Both the position numbers and the translations under genes were made by a program. Positions 48,748-58,395 of a stretch of DNA of 64,000 nt are shown one piece after another. The notes beneath the pieces are model-generated. The model ran no database searches and was not told where the DNA came from. It was given only the letters and a program-made list of their open reading frames with translations. The stretch is from Candidatus Latescibacterota bacterium (lineage in GTDB: Bacteria; Latescibacterota; UBA2968; GCA-2709665): assembly GCA_965219995.1 (NCBI GenBank), contig CBDCOX010000002.1, forward strand, positions 3,552,001-3,616,000, in the 5' to 3' direction. The stretch's first letter is position 1, and every line of letters starts with the position of its first letter.

Positions 48748-49045
48748 AGGCTTGGGAAGCGTCCGCGCAAATGTGATTACTCTGTTTCAGCGTTCGCGTT
48801 GGGAGAATCGAGAAGACGGGAGATTCTTCGCTGCGCTCAGAATGACGGGTCTTGCAATAACCATTGACGAAAAGTACCGGTCAGATCTTCGCTCCGCTCT
48901 GAATGACAGGCTGGCCGATCGTCAAATACGATGCTTCCCGCTGTCATACAGAGGAGGCCTGCGAGCGACGTCCGCGAAACGCTTCCGTCACAAGTTCGCC
49001 GAGATTGTCATCCAGAGGACGCTCCGCAGGCCGACGAAGGATCTG
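48748..49045. repeat. MITE-like modules (gagattcttcgctgcgctcagaatgac family)
   Basis: Homologous to modules at about 33760-33880, 34250-34367 and 51573-51683. Confidence 0.65.
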
Positions 49046-49164
49046 CTGCAGCATGGGAAATGGCTTGAGCGTCTGACGCTCGGTTCGAACTGAAATGCAG
49101 CACAGCCGATTCCCTTCTCGTGTTGTGGGAGAATGTCAGTTCACTCGCAGTCGTGGAGGCAAAC

Positions 49165-50301
49165 ATGATGAATGCCAGGTTCTGTTTTGCACTGTTAATC
49201 ATCACGAGCCTCTGGGCTTGCGGTAGCGATTCGGTGACCACATCGGAGCCGCCGGCCCTTGAAAGGGGTCTTCACGAGGTTGGAAACCTGACCCGACCCC
49301 GGTATTGGCATGCCGCGACGTTACTGAACGATGGCAAGGTCCTGATCGCGGGCGGCCTCGAAGAACTGCCGCTCGTACTCGCGGGGCCGCCTCCCCCGGG
49401 TACCCCCATTCCCCAGCCGAAGCGTCTTATCAGCGCGGAAATATTCGATCCTGAAACCGGGGTCTCAACGCCGACGGGAGACCTGACGGCCAGTCGCAGC
49501 GAGGACCACGGCGTATTGCTTCCCGACGGCCGGGTTCTGATCATACCCAAGAATCCCAATCTCCCCATTGAGAGGTACGATGCTCATTCCGGCAGATTCA
49601 ACCCTGTGGCAATGTTACCTGGGAGAATTGGGATTCTGACTGCCACCCCGCTGCCCAGCGGAAAGGTCTTCTTGACCAGCACGGTATACGCGGGTGTCTT
49701 CGACCCGACGACAGGCCCATTTTCTCCCTTATTCAGGATGGACCCTACCCGAATTGGTCATACGGCGACTCTGTTGAAGGATGGCAGGGTGCTGATCGCC
49801 GGAGGACAGAATGTTGGACGGGACGCAGTGTTGCTGGGTCGGAATCTTATTTATGATCCGTCGACCGAAGCCCTTTCGGAAGCAGGCAACTTGCAATTCG
49901 ACCGCGTAAACCATAAGGCGGTGCTTCTGGAGGACGGCAGGATTCTGATCATTGGCGGCGCCGCCGGTCGAGGGCCATTCGTCCAAACGGCCGAGATTTA
50001 CGACCCGCAAACCAACGCCTTTTCGCCGGCCGGCGTCTCAACGATCGATCCGAGCGCCGCCCTGCTGCTGCCGTCCGGCGAAGTGTTTCTCATCCGCTCG
50101 TATAACGGCGATATCGTACTGTATGATCCCGCCACGCACACATTTTCCAATACAGGATTCAGCATCAGCCCGCGCAGGTCTTTCGCTACGGCCACGCTCC
50201 TTGAAGATGGCCGCGTGATGGTCGCCGGCGGCTTGAAGTGGACGGATGACAATCACGATTGGGAGTCGACTACGGATCAGATTTTCATTTTCACACCCTG
50301 A
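49165..50301 (+). CDS. Kelch-like beta-propeller lipoprotein 6
   Basis: GGAGG then ATG 49165; LWAC; Kelch repeats. Confidence 0.88.
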   Translation: MMNARFCFALLIITSLWACGSDSVTTSEPPALERGLHEVGNLTRPRYWHAATLLNDGKVLIAGGLEELPLVLAGPPPPGTPIPQPKRLISAEIFDPETGVSTPTGDLTASRSEDHGVLLPDGRVLIIPKNPNLPIERYDAHSGRFNPVAMLPGRIGILTATPLPSGKVFLTSTVYAGVFDPTTGPFSPLFRMDPTRIGHTATLLKDGRVLIAGGQNVGRDAVLLGRNLIYDPSTEALSEAGNLQFDRVNHKAVLLEDGRILIIGGAAGRGPFVQTAEIYDPQTNAFSPAGVSTIDPSAALLLPSGEVFLIRSYNGDIVLYDPATHTFSNTGFSISPRRSFATATLLEDGRVMVAGGLKWTDDNHDWESTTDQIFIFTP

Positions 50302-50434
50302 GAGTAACCGCGCACCTGATCTGTTATGTTGAGGATGCCGGTCTGAAGGTGGGGCGGACATTCCTGTCTGCCCGCCTCGCCAGCCCTGTCAAGTAGGTGT
50401 CGAACTCACAGTCCCTTGCTGTGGAGTATAGAAG

Positions 50435-51547
50435 ATGACGACCAGAATCCTGTTTGCGCTGTTCATCCTCTCAAGCCTGTGGGCCTGCGGGGGCGACTCG
50501 GTGACGACGCCGGAGCAGCCGGTCCGTGAGATGGGACTCCGCGAGGTCGGTAAGATGAGCCTGCCGCGCTATAAGCACGGCGCAACGCTGCTGCAGAATG
50601 GCAAGGTCCTGTTTGCCGGGGGTAACGCGGCGCTACCTCCTGCCGGAGAAGGTGTCTGGGAGTTCGATGGTCTTTTCAACGCGGAGATTTTCGATCCTGA
50701 AACCGGAACCTTAACGCCAACGGGAAACCTGACCGCCAGTCGCGAAGAGGACCACGGAATATTGCTTCCCGACGGCCGGGTCCTGATCATAACCGGGTTT
50801 GGTAGTTTCTCCATTGAGATGTACGATCCACATTCCGGAAGATTCGACGATGTGGCTGTCTTGCCCTGGAAAGTCGGGACGGAGACTGCCACCCTGTTGC
50901 CCAACGGAGCCGTTTTTTTAACCAGCTTCATACGTGCGGGTGTCTTCGACCCCACGAGAGGTACGTTTTCCACCACATTCAGGATGTATCCTACCCGGCT
51001 GGGCCATACGGCGACTTTGTTGAAGGACGGCAGGGTGCTGATCGTAGGAGGAAATATTTTCGGAGGGAAATGGTTGCTGGGACAGAATCTGATCTATGAT
51101 CCCTCGACCGATGCCTTATCGGAAGCAGGTAACCTGCAGTTCGACCGCAGGAATCATAAGGCGGTGCTCCTTCAGGACGGCAGGGTACTGATCGCAGGCG
51201 GCTACGATGCAGACCTGGATCGCGTACTGACGGCCGAGATCTATGACCCCGAAACAAACACCTTCTCGGCCGCCGGAACGTCCGCAATGAATCCAATGGC
51301 CGCCCTTCTATTGCCGTCCGGCAGGGTATTTTTCATTCACTATGACAACGGAAATATCTCCTTTTTTGATCCGGATACTCAAGTATTTTCGCCGCCTACA
51401 GGGCACAGTATAGGTCCGTCGCGATACGGGGCGACGGTAACGCTCCTCGATGACGGCCGCGTCGTTATCGCCGGCGGATTGAAGTGGAGTGATGACAGTC
51501 ACTCTCATGAGTCGATTTCGGATAAGATTTTGATTTTCACGCCATGA
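50435..51547 (+). CDS. Kelch-like beta-propeller lipoprotein 7
   Basis: LWAC; Kelch repeats. Confidence 0.88.
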   Translation: MTTRILFALFILSSLWACGGDSVTTPEQPVREMGLREVGKMSLPRYKHGATLLQNGKVLFAGGNAALPPAGEGVWEFDGLFNAEIFDPETGTLTPTGNLTASREEDHGILLPDGRVLIITGFGSFSIEMYDPHSGRFDDVAVLPWKVGTETATLLPNGAVFLTSFIRAGVFDPTRGTFSTTFRMYPTRLGHTATLLKDGRVLIVGGNIFGGKWLLGQNLIYDPSTDALSEAGNLQFDRRNHKAVLLQDGRVLIAGGYDADLDRVLTAEIYDPETNTFSAAGTSAMNPMAALLLPSGRVFFIHYDNGNISFFDPDTQVFSPPTGHSIGPSRYGATVTLLDDGRVVIAGGLKWSDDSHSHESISDKILIFTP

Positions 51548-51820
51548 GAGGCGCCAGAGCCATTACTGTTAATCTGAGGAAGCCGTGAGACTTGCGATGC
51601 GTCCGCGCACATATGTTTACCGTGATTCACCGATAGGACAATCGAATAGACGGGAGATTCTTCGACTCCGCTCAGAATGACATAAATCGCAATAACTCTG
51701 GTCGAGATGTATTCGTCATGCTTTGGCCCGAACTGTCATGCTGAGCAGGCCGGTGTAGAGGTGGAGCGGACATTCCTGTCTGCCCGCATCGCCAGCGTTC
51801 TTTCGAAAAGGAGACACAAC

Positions 51821-52969
51821 ATGACCACCAGAATTGGACTCGCACTATTGGTCGTCTCGAGCTTTTGGGCATGTGGAGGGGATTCGGTGACGACGCCGGA
51901 GCAGCCGACCCTTGAACGAGGTCTCAAAGAGGTCGGGAATATGGTCCAACCTCGGTATTGGCACACCGCGACGCTATTGTCCAACGGCAAGGTCCTGATC
52001 GCAGGCGGCCTGGGGGAGCCACCTGCAGAAGTCCAGGACCCATCTCAGGGCGGCGCAGTCATTTATCGGGCGTCGGGTCTTCTCGCCAGCGCGGAGGTAT
52101 TCGATCCGCAGACCGGGACGTCAACGCCAACGGGGGACATGACCGTCAGACGATATGCGGACAACGGAATATTGCTTCCCAATGGTCGCGTGCTGATTAT
52201 GCCTCGTTATGGTCATTTCCCGGTTGAGATCTACGATCCTGCTTCGGGCACGTTCGCCGCCGTGTCAGACGTACCGGCGGGTGCAACCATCGAGACGACA
52301 ACGCTGCTGCCTAGTGGAGAGGTTTTTTTGACTAACCTGGACCACACGGGTGTCTTCGACCCCGATGCACGCACATTTCACTCCATCTTCAAGAGGGAGG
52401 AAATCCGAAGGCTACATACAGCGACGCTGATGAAGGACGGCCGTGTGCTGATCGTTGGGGGATTGCGTGGCGGACTTGAAGACGGGCTGGTTGGACGGAA
52501 CGTCATTTACGATCCGTCGTCCAGGAGAGTCTCCGAAGCCGGTAATCTGCAGTTCGACCGCATAAATCATAAAGCCGTGCTTCTTCAGGACGGCCGCGTG
52601 CTGATCGTTGGCGGCACCGCGGGTAAGGGGCCCTTCGTGCAGGCGGCCGAGATATATGACCCTGAAACGAACGCCTTTTCAACGGCCGGCGTTTCGACAG
52701 TCGATCCTCTTTCCGCCTCGTTGCTGCCCTCCGGCACGGTGTTGCTCGTCCACTCCCACAACGGTGATATCGTAATGTATGACCCCGCCACACATGCATT
52801 TTCTCCAACAGGACACAACATAGGATGGCGGTCATTGCCTACGGTCACCATGCTTGAGGACGGACGCGCCATGGTTGCAGGCGGCTGGGAAAGCGATGGC
52901 TATTCAACGCATGGTCTTCCAACGAATATTGGGGTGATTACGGACAAGATCCTGATATTCACGCCCTGA
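51821..52969 (+). CDS. Kelch-like beta-propeller lipoprotein 8
   Basis: AAGGAG then ATG 51821; FWAC; Kelch repeats. Confidence 0.88.
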   Translation: MTTRIGLALLVVSSFWACGGDSVTTPEQPTLERGLKEVGNMVQPRYWHTATLLSNGKVLIAGGLGEPPAEVQDPSQGGAVIYRASGLLASAEVFDPQTGTSTPTGDMTVRRYADNGILLPNGRVLIMPRYGHFPVEIYDPASGTFAAVSDVPAGATIETTTLLPSGEVFLTNLDHTGVFDPDARTFHSIFKREEIRRLHTATLMKDGRVLIVGGLRGGLEDGLVGRNVIYDPSSRRVSEAGNLQFDRINHKAVLLQDGRVLIVGGTAGKGPFVQAAEIYDPETNAFSTAGVSTVDPLSASLLPSGTVLLVHSHNGDIVMYDPATHAFSPTGHNIGWRSLPTVTMLEDGRAMVAGGWESDGYSTHGLPTNIGVITDKILIFTP

Positions 52970-53002
52970 GCGCACCCTTACTCAACTGAAAGGTACTGCC
53001 AT

Positions 53003-53539
53003 ATGAAGCTGAGAGTCGGATGGAAGTCCTGGGTGTTTTTGGGCGTCGCAGTGGTCCTGGCGGGCGCCGCGCTGGGTCAGATTCTCGTCGAGGAGCCGGA
53101 ACCGAAGAACGCGCTGCCCGTGGGCCCGGCCGCGTCCGACTTCACGCTGGATGGTCTGGACGGATCGGTCGTCCGGCTGTCCGATAATGACGGACGCGTC
53201 GTCCTGATCAATTTCTGGGCGACGTGGTGCATGCCGTGCCTGTACGAATTGCCGCATATCCAGACGTTGTACGACCGGTACCGCGAAAAGGGCCTGACCG
53301 TACTTGCCGTCAGCACGGACTTCGACCGGGCGCGCGTGGGTCCGTTCATTCAGGAATACGGCTACACCTTCCCGGTCCTGTTCGCCGATCCGGGCATCCA
53401 GGCCGACTACGCCGTCCGCAGCATTCCAACCACCTTTCTGGTTGACAGAAAGGGCCGCCTCAGGTTCATGCAAACGGGCTACGGGCCCGATACCGAAACG
53501 GAACTGGAATGGGCCCTCGCACAGCTATTGGGACGGTAG
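53003..53539 (+). CDS. TlpA/ResA-like thiol-disulfide oxidoreductase
   Basis: N-terminal anchor; INFWATWCMPC; SIPTTFLVDRKG. Confidence 0.92.
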   Translation: MKLRVGWKSWVFLGVAVVLAGAALGQILVEEPEPKNALPVGPAASDFTLDGLDGSVVRLSDNDGRVVLINFWATWCMPCLYELPHIQTLYDRYREKGLTVLAVSTDFDRARVGPFIQEYGYTFPVLFADPGIQADYAVRSIPTTFLVDRKGRLRFMQTGYGPDTETELEWALAQLLGR

Positions 53540-53677
53540 GGGAGGGGGATCTATTCGAGGCGGGATTTTCGGGTCGTAAAGGAATCGCAACCGGGGACAG
53601 CGCGGTAAGTGTGAGCGGTGGAATTGCCTTCGATCGGGTCGTTTCAGCTGGGTCGGATGCGGCGCGGGTCAATTGAA

Positions 53678-54052
53678 TCAGGTCCAGGAGTGCATCGCAA
53701 CCCGGTTGCCTTCGCAGTCTTCGAAATGGGCGAAGAATCCGTGTTCGCCGACGCTGGTTTTCAGAATCAGCGTCGTTCCACCGTTTGACTCGATCTTTTC
53801 CAGCGTCCCGTCGATGTCGGTCACCGAAAAGTAGACCAGGGCGCCCTCGTGCGACGGGATGTATCCTTCGGACTTGATCAGCGTTCCGGCGGCACCGGGT
53901 CCCTCGGTCATCGGAAACCATGCCAACTCCGTGTCGCCCATCCTGCTGGCTGTCAGTTCAAGACCCAGCACGTTTTCGTAGAATCGCCTGGCTCGTTCCA
54001 GGTCCCGCACGGGTATTTCAAACCAGCCGACGGGATTCCGTTCATCCGCCAT
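53678..54052 (-). CDS. VOC (glyoxalase/bleomycin resistance) family protein
   Basis: NPVGWFEIPVRDLERARRFY...GFFAHFEDCEGNRVAMHS. Confidence 0.92.
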   Translation of the reverse strand: MADERNPVGWFEIPVRDLERARRFYENVLGLELTASRMGDTELAWFPMTEGPGAAGTLIKSEGYIPSHEGALVYFSVTDIDGTLEKIESNGGTTLILKTSVGEHGFFAHFEDCEGNRVAMHSWT

Positions 54053-54263
54053 TCGATTCTCCTCCAGTCTTTTCTACTAACGCCAGGATACCGCGCGGCG
54101 TTCCCATGCCTTAATGGTCACGGATTCACAACCAATAACGGTTGCGGAAGCGGCGTGCGCCCGGATTCGAGTCTCCCGAGCGCGTTCAGTTAGCGGGGAT
54201 GCAGAGACCGGAGTCGCATCGGGTCGGTCGATCGAGCAATCGAGGGGCGCACACCGAACGGCG

Positions 54264-54956
54264 CTATGGCGCGGGTGTGGCCGGCGGAAGAATAACCGCC
54301 ACGGCGCCCGCGGTGTCTTCGACGCGATCGAACAGGTCTACTGCCTGACGCCGGTTCATCTGGAAGTCGATGGTGACCGATTCCGTGGGCACGAAAGCGC
54401 CCTGCGCAAAGACCGTTACGCGTTTGTCGTTTACGGGATTCCAGATTTCTACGACCCTGCCGTCGAACTCGCCTCCGAAGGCGACGTACGCCACATTGGT
54501 ACGCGGTCTGTTTCCGCTGGGAACGCCCACGCTGACCTTTTTGCCCAGATACTGAAACGGCGGTTGTAATCCGCGGGCACGGCCGCGCAGGTCTGCGATC
54601 AACGGGTTCTCCGCGATCGCGCCCTCAAGGCGCGCCTTTCGCTCCTCGATAGATTCGTTGTCGTCTTGTGGCATTGCTTCTGCCAGGCGCCCTGCTATTG
54701 CGCTGTTCCGGTAGTGGTAGACGTCCTTTGCAGTCAACCATCCCAGCGTCGCGTCTCTTGCGAAGTCCTTGCCCCAGATCGAGTCCAGGACGGCGTCGTG
54801 CGCCACCATTTTGTCTTCGATCCGCATTTGGATGGCATTCTCGGCATCGTAGTTGATGGTGATATCGACGGGGGCGATATACGCGATGTACGCCAGGTAC
54901 GCGCACCCCGCCGCCAATACGACTTCAATGACTGTTCGGATATGTGAACTCGACAT
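54264..54956 (-). CDS. Hypothetical protein with N-terminal membrane anchor
   Basis: ATG preceded by GGGAGG; hydrophobic N-terminal helix; no family recognised. Confidence 0.65.
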   Translation of the reverse strand: MSSSHIRTVIEVVLAAGCAYLAYIAYIAPVDITINYDAENAIQMRIEDKMVAHDAVLDSIWGKDFARDATLGWLTAKDVYHYRNSAIAGRLAEAMPQDDNESIEERKARLEGAIAENPLIADLRGRARGLQPPFQYLGKKVSVGVPSGNRPRTNVAYVAFGGEFDGRVVEIWNPVNDKRVTVFAQGAFVPTESVTIDFQMNRRQAVDLFDRVEDTAGAVAVILPPATPAP

Positions 54957-55146
54957 CTTTTCCCTCCCGTTCCTTACGGTGTGGCGTCAGTTGAGACGAC
55001 CGTTGTTTAGACGCCCGCGGACAGGGTCCCGCAACAAGCGCCAGGAGCAAAAGTACTCGATCGCTTCAGCGCTCCTTTCTCCGACGGAAAGCCGTCAGTC
55101 AGTTTGAAACACGATTGTTCGCCGGTGTCTTCGATCTTTGACGTGC

Positions 55147-56007
55147 CTATTTTCTTCCGGTATACGCCCGTCCCAGCCTCGCCACAGCCTCGCCGCCTCC
55201 GGAGACGATCATCACGCCCTCGTCAATGATCTCCGTGACGTTTTCCGGGTTCGCGCCGTTCAGGAAGAACAAACCGGCGTCCCGGCAGGCCGCCATCACA
55301 CGAGCCCGTGCAGCTGCCATCTCAGGCGGATAGGGCGGGTCGTGCCGATCGGCATGCCCGAGCGACATGCCCATATCGCCGGGACCCCACTCGCCGAAGG
55401 CGAGTCCCTGCACCTTCGCCGTGAGCTCCGCGTTTGCCAGCGCGCGTTTGTTCTCGATCTTCACGCCGAGCATCAACTCTCCGTCCGGGCTCAGCGGCCA
55501 CGGGTCGGCCTTTTTCAGATATTCGGCTGCGGTCACGCCCCAGGTCTGTGCGGCCCAGCCCTGTCCGCCGGCCCCTCGCCGACCGTCGCCATGTCCCGCG
55601 GCCGGCGTTCGGAACGGATACCTGCAACTCTCCACGAAAGCCCGGACGCCCTCAGGGTCGTCGGCATGACACAGCAGGATACCGTGCACGCCGCGGGCCA
55701 GCGCCTGCTTGAACATCCAGGCATTGGCGCGAACAGCCGCTTCACTCGACCCCTCGACGGGAAGGTCCACGATGACGGCCGGCGTCCGGTGACCGCTGGC
55801 CGTGGGACCGCCGTCCACCAGGCCTCTCATGAAATCGCCCAGGCCCCGCATATCGAATGCGCCGTGCTCAATGCTGACGTTGATATAGTCGGCCCACGTC
55901 GCGGCCATTTCCACACCGGCTTCATAAGTCAGTTCGGAGACGCCGACATAATAAATCGGCTGCCCCCGTTCCAGCAGCTCAATCGCTTTATTGATCCGCT
56001 TCGCCAT
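55147..56007 (-). CDS. HpcH/HpaI aldolase/citrate lyase family protein
   Basis: ADYINVSIEHG, ALARGVHGIL, GVKIEN, EWGPGDMGMSLG. Confidence 0.85.
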   Translation of the reverse strand: MAKRINKAIELLERGQPIYYVGVSELTYEAGVEMAATWADYINVSIEHGAFDMRGLGDFMRGLVDGGPTASGHRTPAVIVDLPVEGSSEAAVRANAWMFKQALARGVHGILLCHADDPEGVRAFVESCRYPFRTPAAGHGDGRRGAGGQGWAAQTWGVTAAEYLKKADPWPLSPDGELMLGVKIENKRALANAELTAKVQGLAFGEWGPGDMGMSLGHADRHDPPYPPEMAAARARVMAACRDAGLFFLNGANPENVTEIIDEGVMIVSGGGEAVARLGRAYTGRK

Positions 56008-56186
56008 GTGCCATTTATCCCGCGAATTAGGAAAACTCAACTTACCTCGCTAACATAAAGCCGCCGCCGCGAAAAATCAATCGTTCCCCGGGTTGCCCTC
56101 CGAGGGGCCGGGACGCCCTGGCCGGCATCCGTGATACCCCCACGCCCGGTCATCCCAAGGACTGTGCGCGACAGCCTGGAACATCC

Positions 56187-56215
56187 TTGACGGCGAAATG
56201 TCGGGCATGTATCTT
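56187..56215 (+). promoter_or_regulatory. Sigma70-type promoter for the oxidoreductase pair
   Basis: TTGACG-N17-TATCTT, about 97 nt upstream of ATG 56312. Confidence 0.55.
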
Positions 56216-56311
56216 GGCAATTCCACGTGCGTCGCGCCGGGAGACCACCACCGGCAGGCCGGCCGACGAGAGACTCGAACAACCCGAAGCAACAATCGGA
56301 AGGGTGAAGCC

Positions 56312-57325
56312 ATGCCAGGCGTAGCCATACAGGGCGCGGGAAACGTCGCCACCGAACATATCAGGGCTTATCTGAACAATCCGCATACCCGGCTGGTGGC
56401 CATCGGGAGCCGTACGCTGGAAAGCGCACGGAAAAAAGCGGTAGAACTGGGTGTTGAATGCGACCTGTACGATAACTACGACAGGCTTCTCGAGCATCCG
56501 GACGTCGACGTCGTTTCCATCTGTACGCCGCCCGATCGCCACGCCGGAGAAGCCATTGCCGCCGCCCGCGCCGGCAAACACCTGCTGATTGAAAAACCGG
56601 TGGCCACGAATCGTGAAGAACTGAATGCGATGCACCTGGCCGTGGAAAGCGCGGGCGTCAAGACAGTCGTGGGTTTCGTCCTTCGATGGAACCCGCTGAT
56701 CGTCTCCATCAAGCGGGCCATCGAGAAGGGCTGGGTCGGCGATCCTCTTCTCGTTCAGGCCGACTACTGGCACGGCCCCACCAACGCCCGCCCCGAGAAA
56801 TTCAGCCGGACAGGATGGAAACCGTTCGTGAACGGGGCGATCGTGCACGGCGGCTGCCATGCCCTCGACGCCGCACGATACATACTGGACAATGACACCG
56901 TCACCCGGGTGACCGGCGTTTCCCCACGCCATCGAACGCATGGAGAGGACTACCGTTCCACGACGGTCGCAACGGTTGAATTCGCGGGGGGCGCCGCCGG
57001 AAAGTTTTCGGGTTCCACGGCTTTCTTCATGCCTTATGTATTCAACGTCGAGGTGTTCGGAACGGAGGGCGTGATCCGCAACAACCAGTTCTACACCCGA
57101 CAGCTGTCCGGCCAGGACGCGTTCGGCAGTTTTCCCACGGTCATGCCCGACAGCGGCGCCGTTGCCCACCATCCTTTCCAGGAAATGATTGACCACCTCG
57201 TCGAATGCATCCTGAACGACGTGGAATCGCACGACAATCTGGCGGTGGCCGTCAACACCCACGCCGCATGTTTTGCCGCGGAAGAATCGGCCGCAAACGG
57301 TTCCATGCCGATAGAGATAGAGTAG
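56312..57325 (+). CDS. Gfo/Idh/MocA family oxidoreductase
   Basis: VAIQGAGNVA, DVVSICTP, GKHLLIEKP, GCHALD. Confidence 0.92.
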   Translation: MPGVAIQGAGNVATEHIRAYLNNPHTRLVAIGSRTLESARKKAVELGVECDLYDNYDRLLEHPDVDVVSICTPPDRHAGEAIAAARAGKHLLIEKPVATNREELNAMHLAVESAGVKTVVGFVLRWNPLIVSIKRAIEKGWVGDPLLVQADYWHGPTNARPEKFSRTGWKPFVNGAIVHGGCHALDAARYILDNDTVTRVTGVSPRHRTHGEDYRSTTVATVEFAGGAAGKFSGSTAFFMPYVFNVEVFGTEGVIRNNQFYTRQLSGQDAFGSFPTVMPDSGAVAHHPFQEMIDHLVECILNDVESHDNLAVAVNTHAACFAAEESAANGSMPIEIE

Positions 57326-57370
57326 CCGAGAGAACGAGAGAACGAGGGGACGAGGGAACGAGGAGCTTCA

Positions 57371-58369
57371 ATGCCGGGAGGACCCATTAAGGTTGCGCTG
57401 GCCGGTTGCGGCGGACTGGGCCGGGCTCACGCCAGAAACGTGGAGGCGCTGGACGGCGCACGCCTCGTCGCGGTCTGCGACGTCGTATCGGAATCCGCCG
57501 CGCAGCTTGCCGCGCAACTGGCGTCCGGTCCGACGCCTTACGCGGACCACCGCGCGATGCTGGCCGCTGAGAATCCGGACGCCGTGCTGGTGGTTACGCC
57601 CAACCACACCCACAGCCGCATCAGCACGGATGCCGCGCTGGCGGGCGCCCACGTCTTCTGCGAAAAGCCAATGGCGCTGACCGTTGAAGACTGCGACACG
57701 ATGATTCACGCCGCGGAACAGTCAGGCGTTCTCCTGATGATCGGCTACGTGCGCCGGTTTCAGCTCGCTTATCAGGAACTCAAGCGCCGGGTGGACCGGG
57801 GAGACGCGGGAGAGATCACCCTGGCGCATGCCGTGCGTCTGGGAACCGGCGCGCCGGGCGGCGTGGGAGGATGGCAGACCCGGAGGGGAACGTACGGCGG
57901 TATGTTCTCCATGTACAGCCACGAACTCGACCAGCTCGCGTGGCTGGCCGGTGAAATCCGCGCCGTAAATGCCGTCATGAAGTACGGAGATGACACGGAA
58001 AACGAAGTCGAAGAAAGCATCTTTATCGGCATTGAGTTCGCATCGGGCGCGGTCGGCTCCTTAAGCAGCAGCCGCGTCTACCCGGTCAACAGCTACGAAC
58101 TCGGCGTGGCCGGAACGGCCGGCGCGCTCAAGCTCAACGACGCGGGCGGCCCTGTCCTGTTCGCCCGGCACGGCGAAAGATCCACGGCCATCGAGACGCC
58201 CCGAAACAACGGCCTGGCGGACGAGATCGCTCACTTCGTCGGATGCATTCAAAGGGGCGAAGCGCCCCGGTCGGATGGAAGGGACGGAAGGCGTGTTGTC
58301 GCGGTTGCCGCTGCCGCTCACGAATCCGCACGGACCGGCAAGCGGGTCGAGGTTCTGATGATGACGTGA
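57371..58369 (+). CDS. Gfo/Idh/MocA family oxidoreductase
   Basis: VALAGCGGLG, VVTPNHTH, AHVFCEKPMA, SHELD. Confidence 0.92.
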   Translation: MPGGPIKVALAGCGGLGRAHARNVEALDGARLVAVCDVVSESAAQLAAQLASGPTPYADHRAMLAAENPDAVLVVTPNHTHSRISTDAALAGAHVFCEKPMALTVEDCDTMIHAAEQSGVLLMIGYVRRFQLAYQELKRRVDRGDAGEITLAHAVRLGTGAPGGVGGWQTRRGTYGGMFSMYSHELDQLAWLAGEIRAVNAVMKYGDDTENEVEESIFIGIEFASGAVGSLSSSRVYPVNSYELGVAGTAGALKLNDAGGPVLFARHGERSTAIETPRNNGLADEIAHFVGCIQRGEAPRSDGRDGRRVVAVAAAAHESARTGKRVEVLMMT

Positions 58370-58395
58370 GAACGCGCCGTGAGTCGGGCGCCCTT

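Noticed and set aside
57328-57365. Short 8-mer purine repeats (gagagaac-like) between the oxidoreductases
   Set aside because: Only about four degenerate units; no evidence for phase variation.
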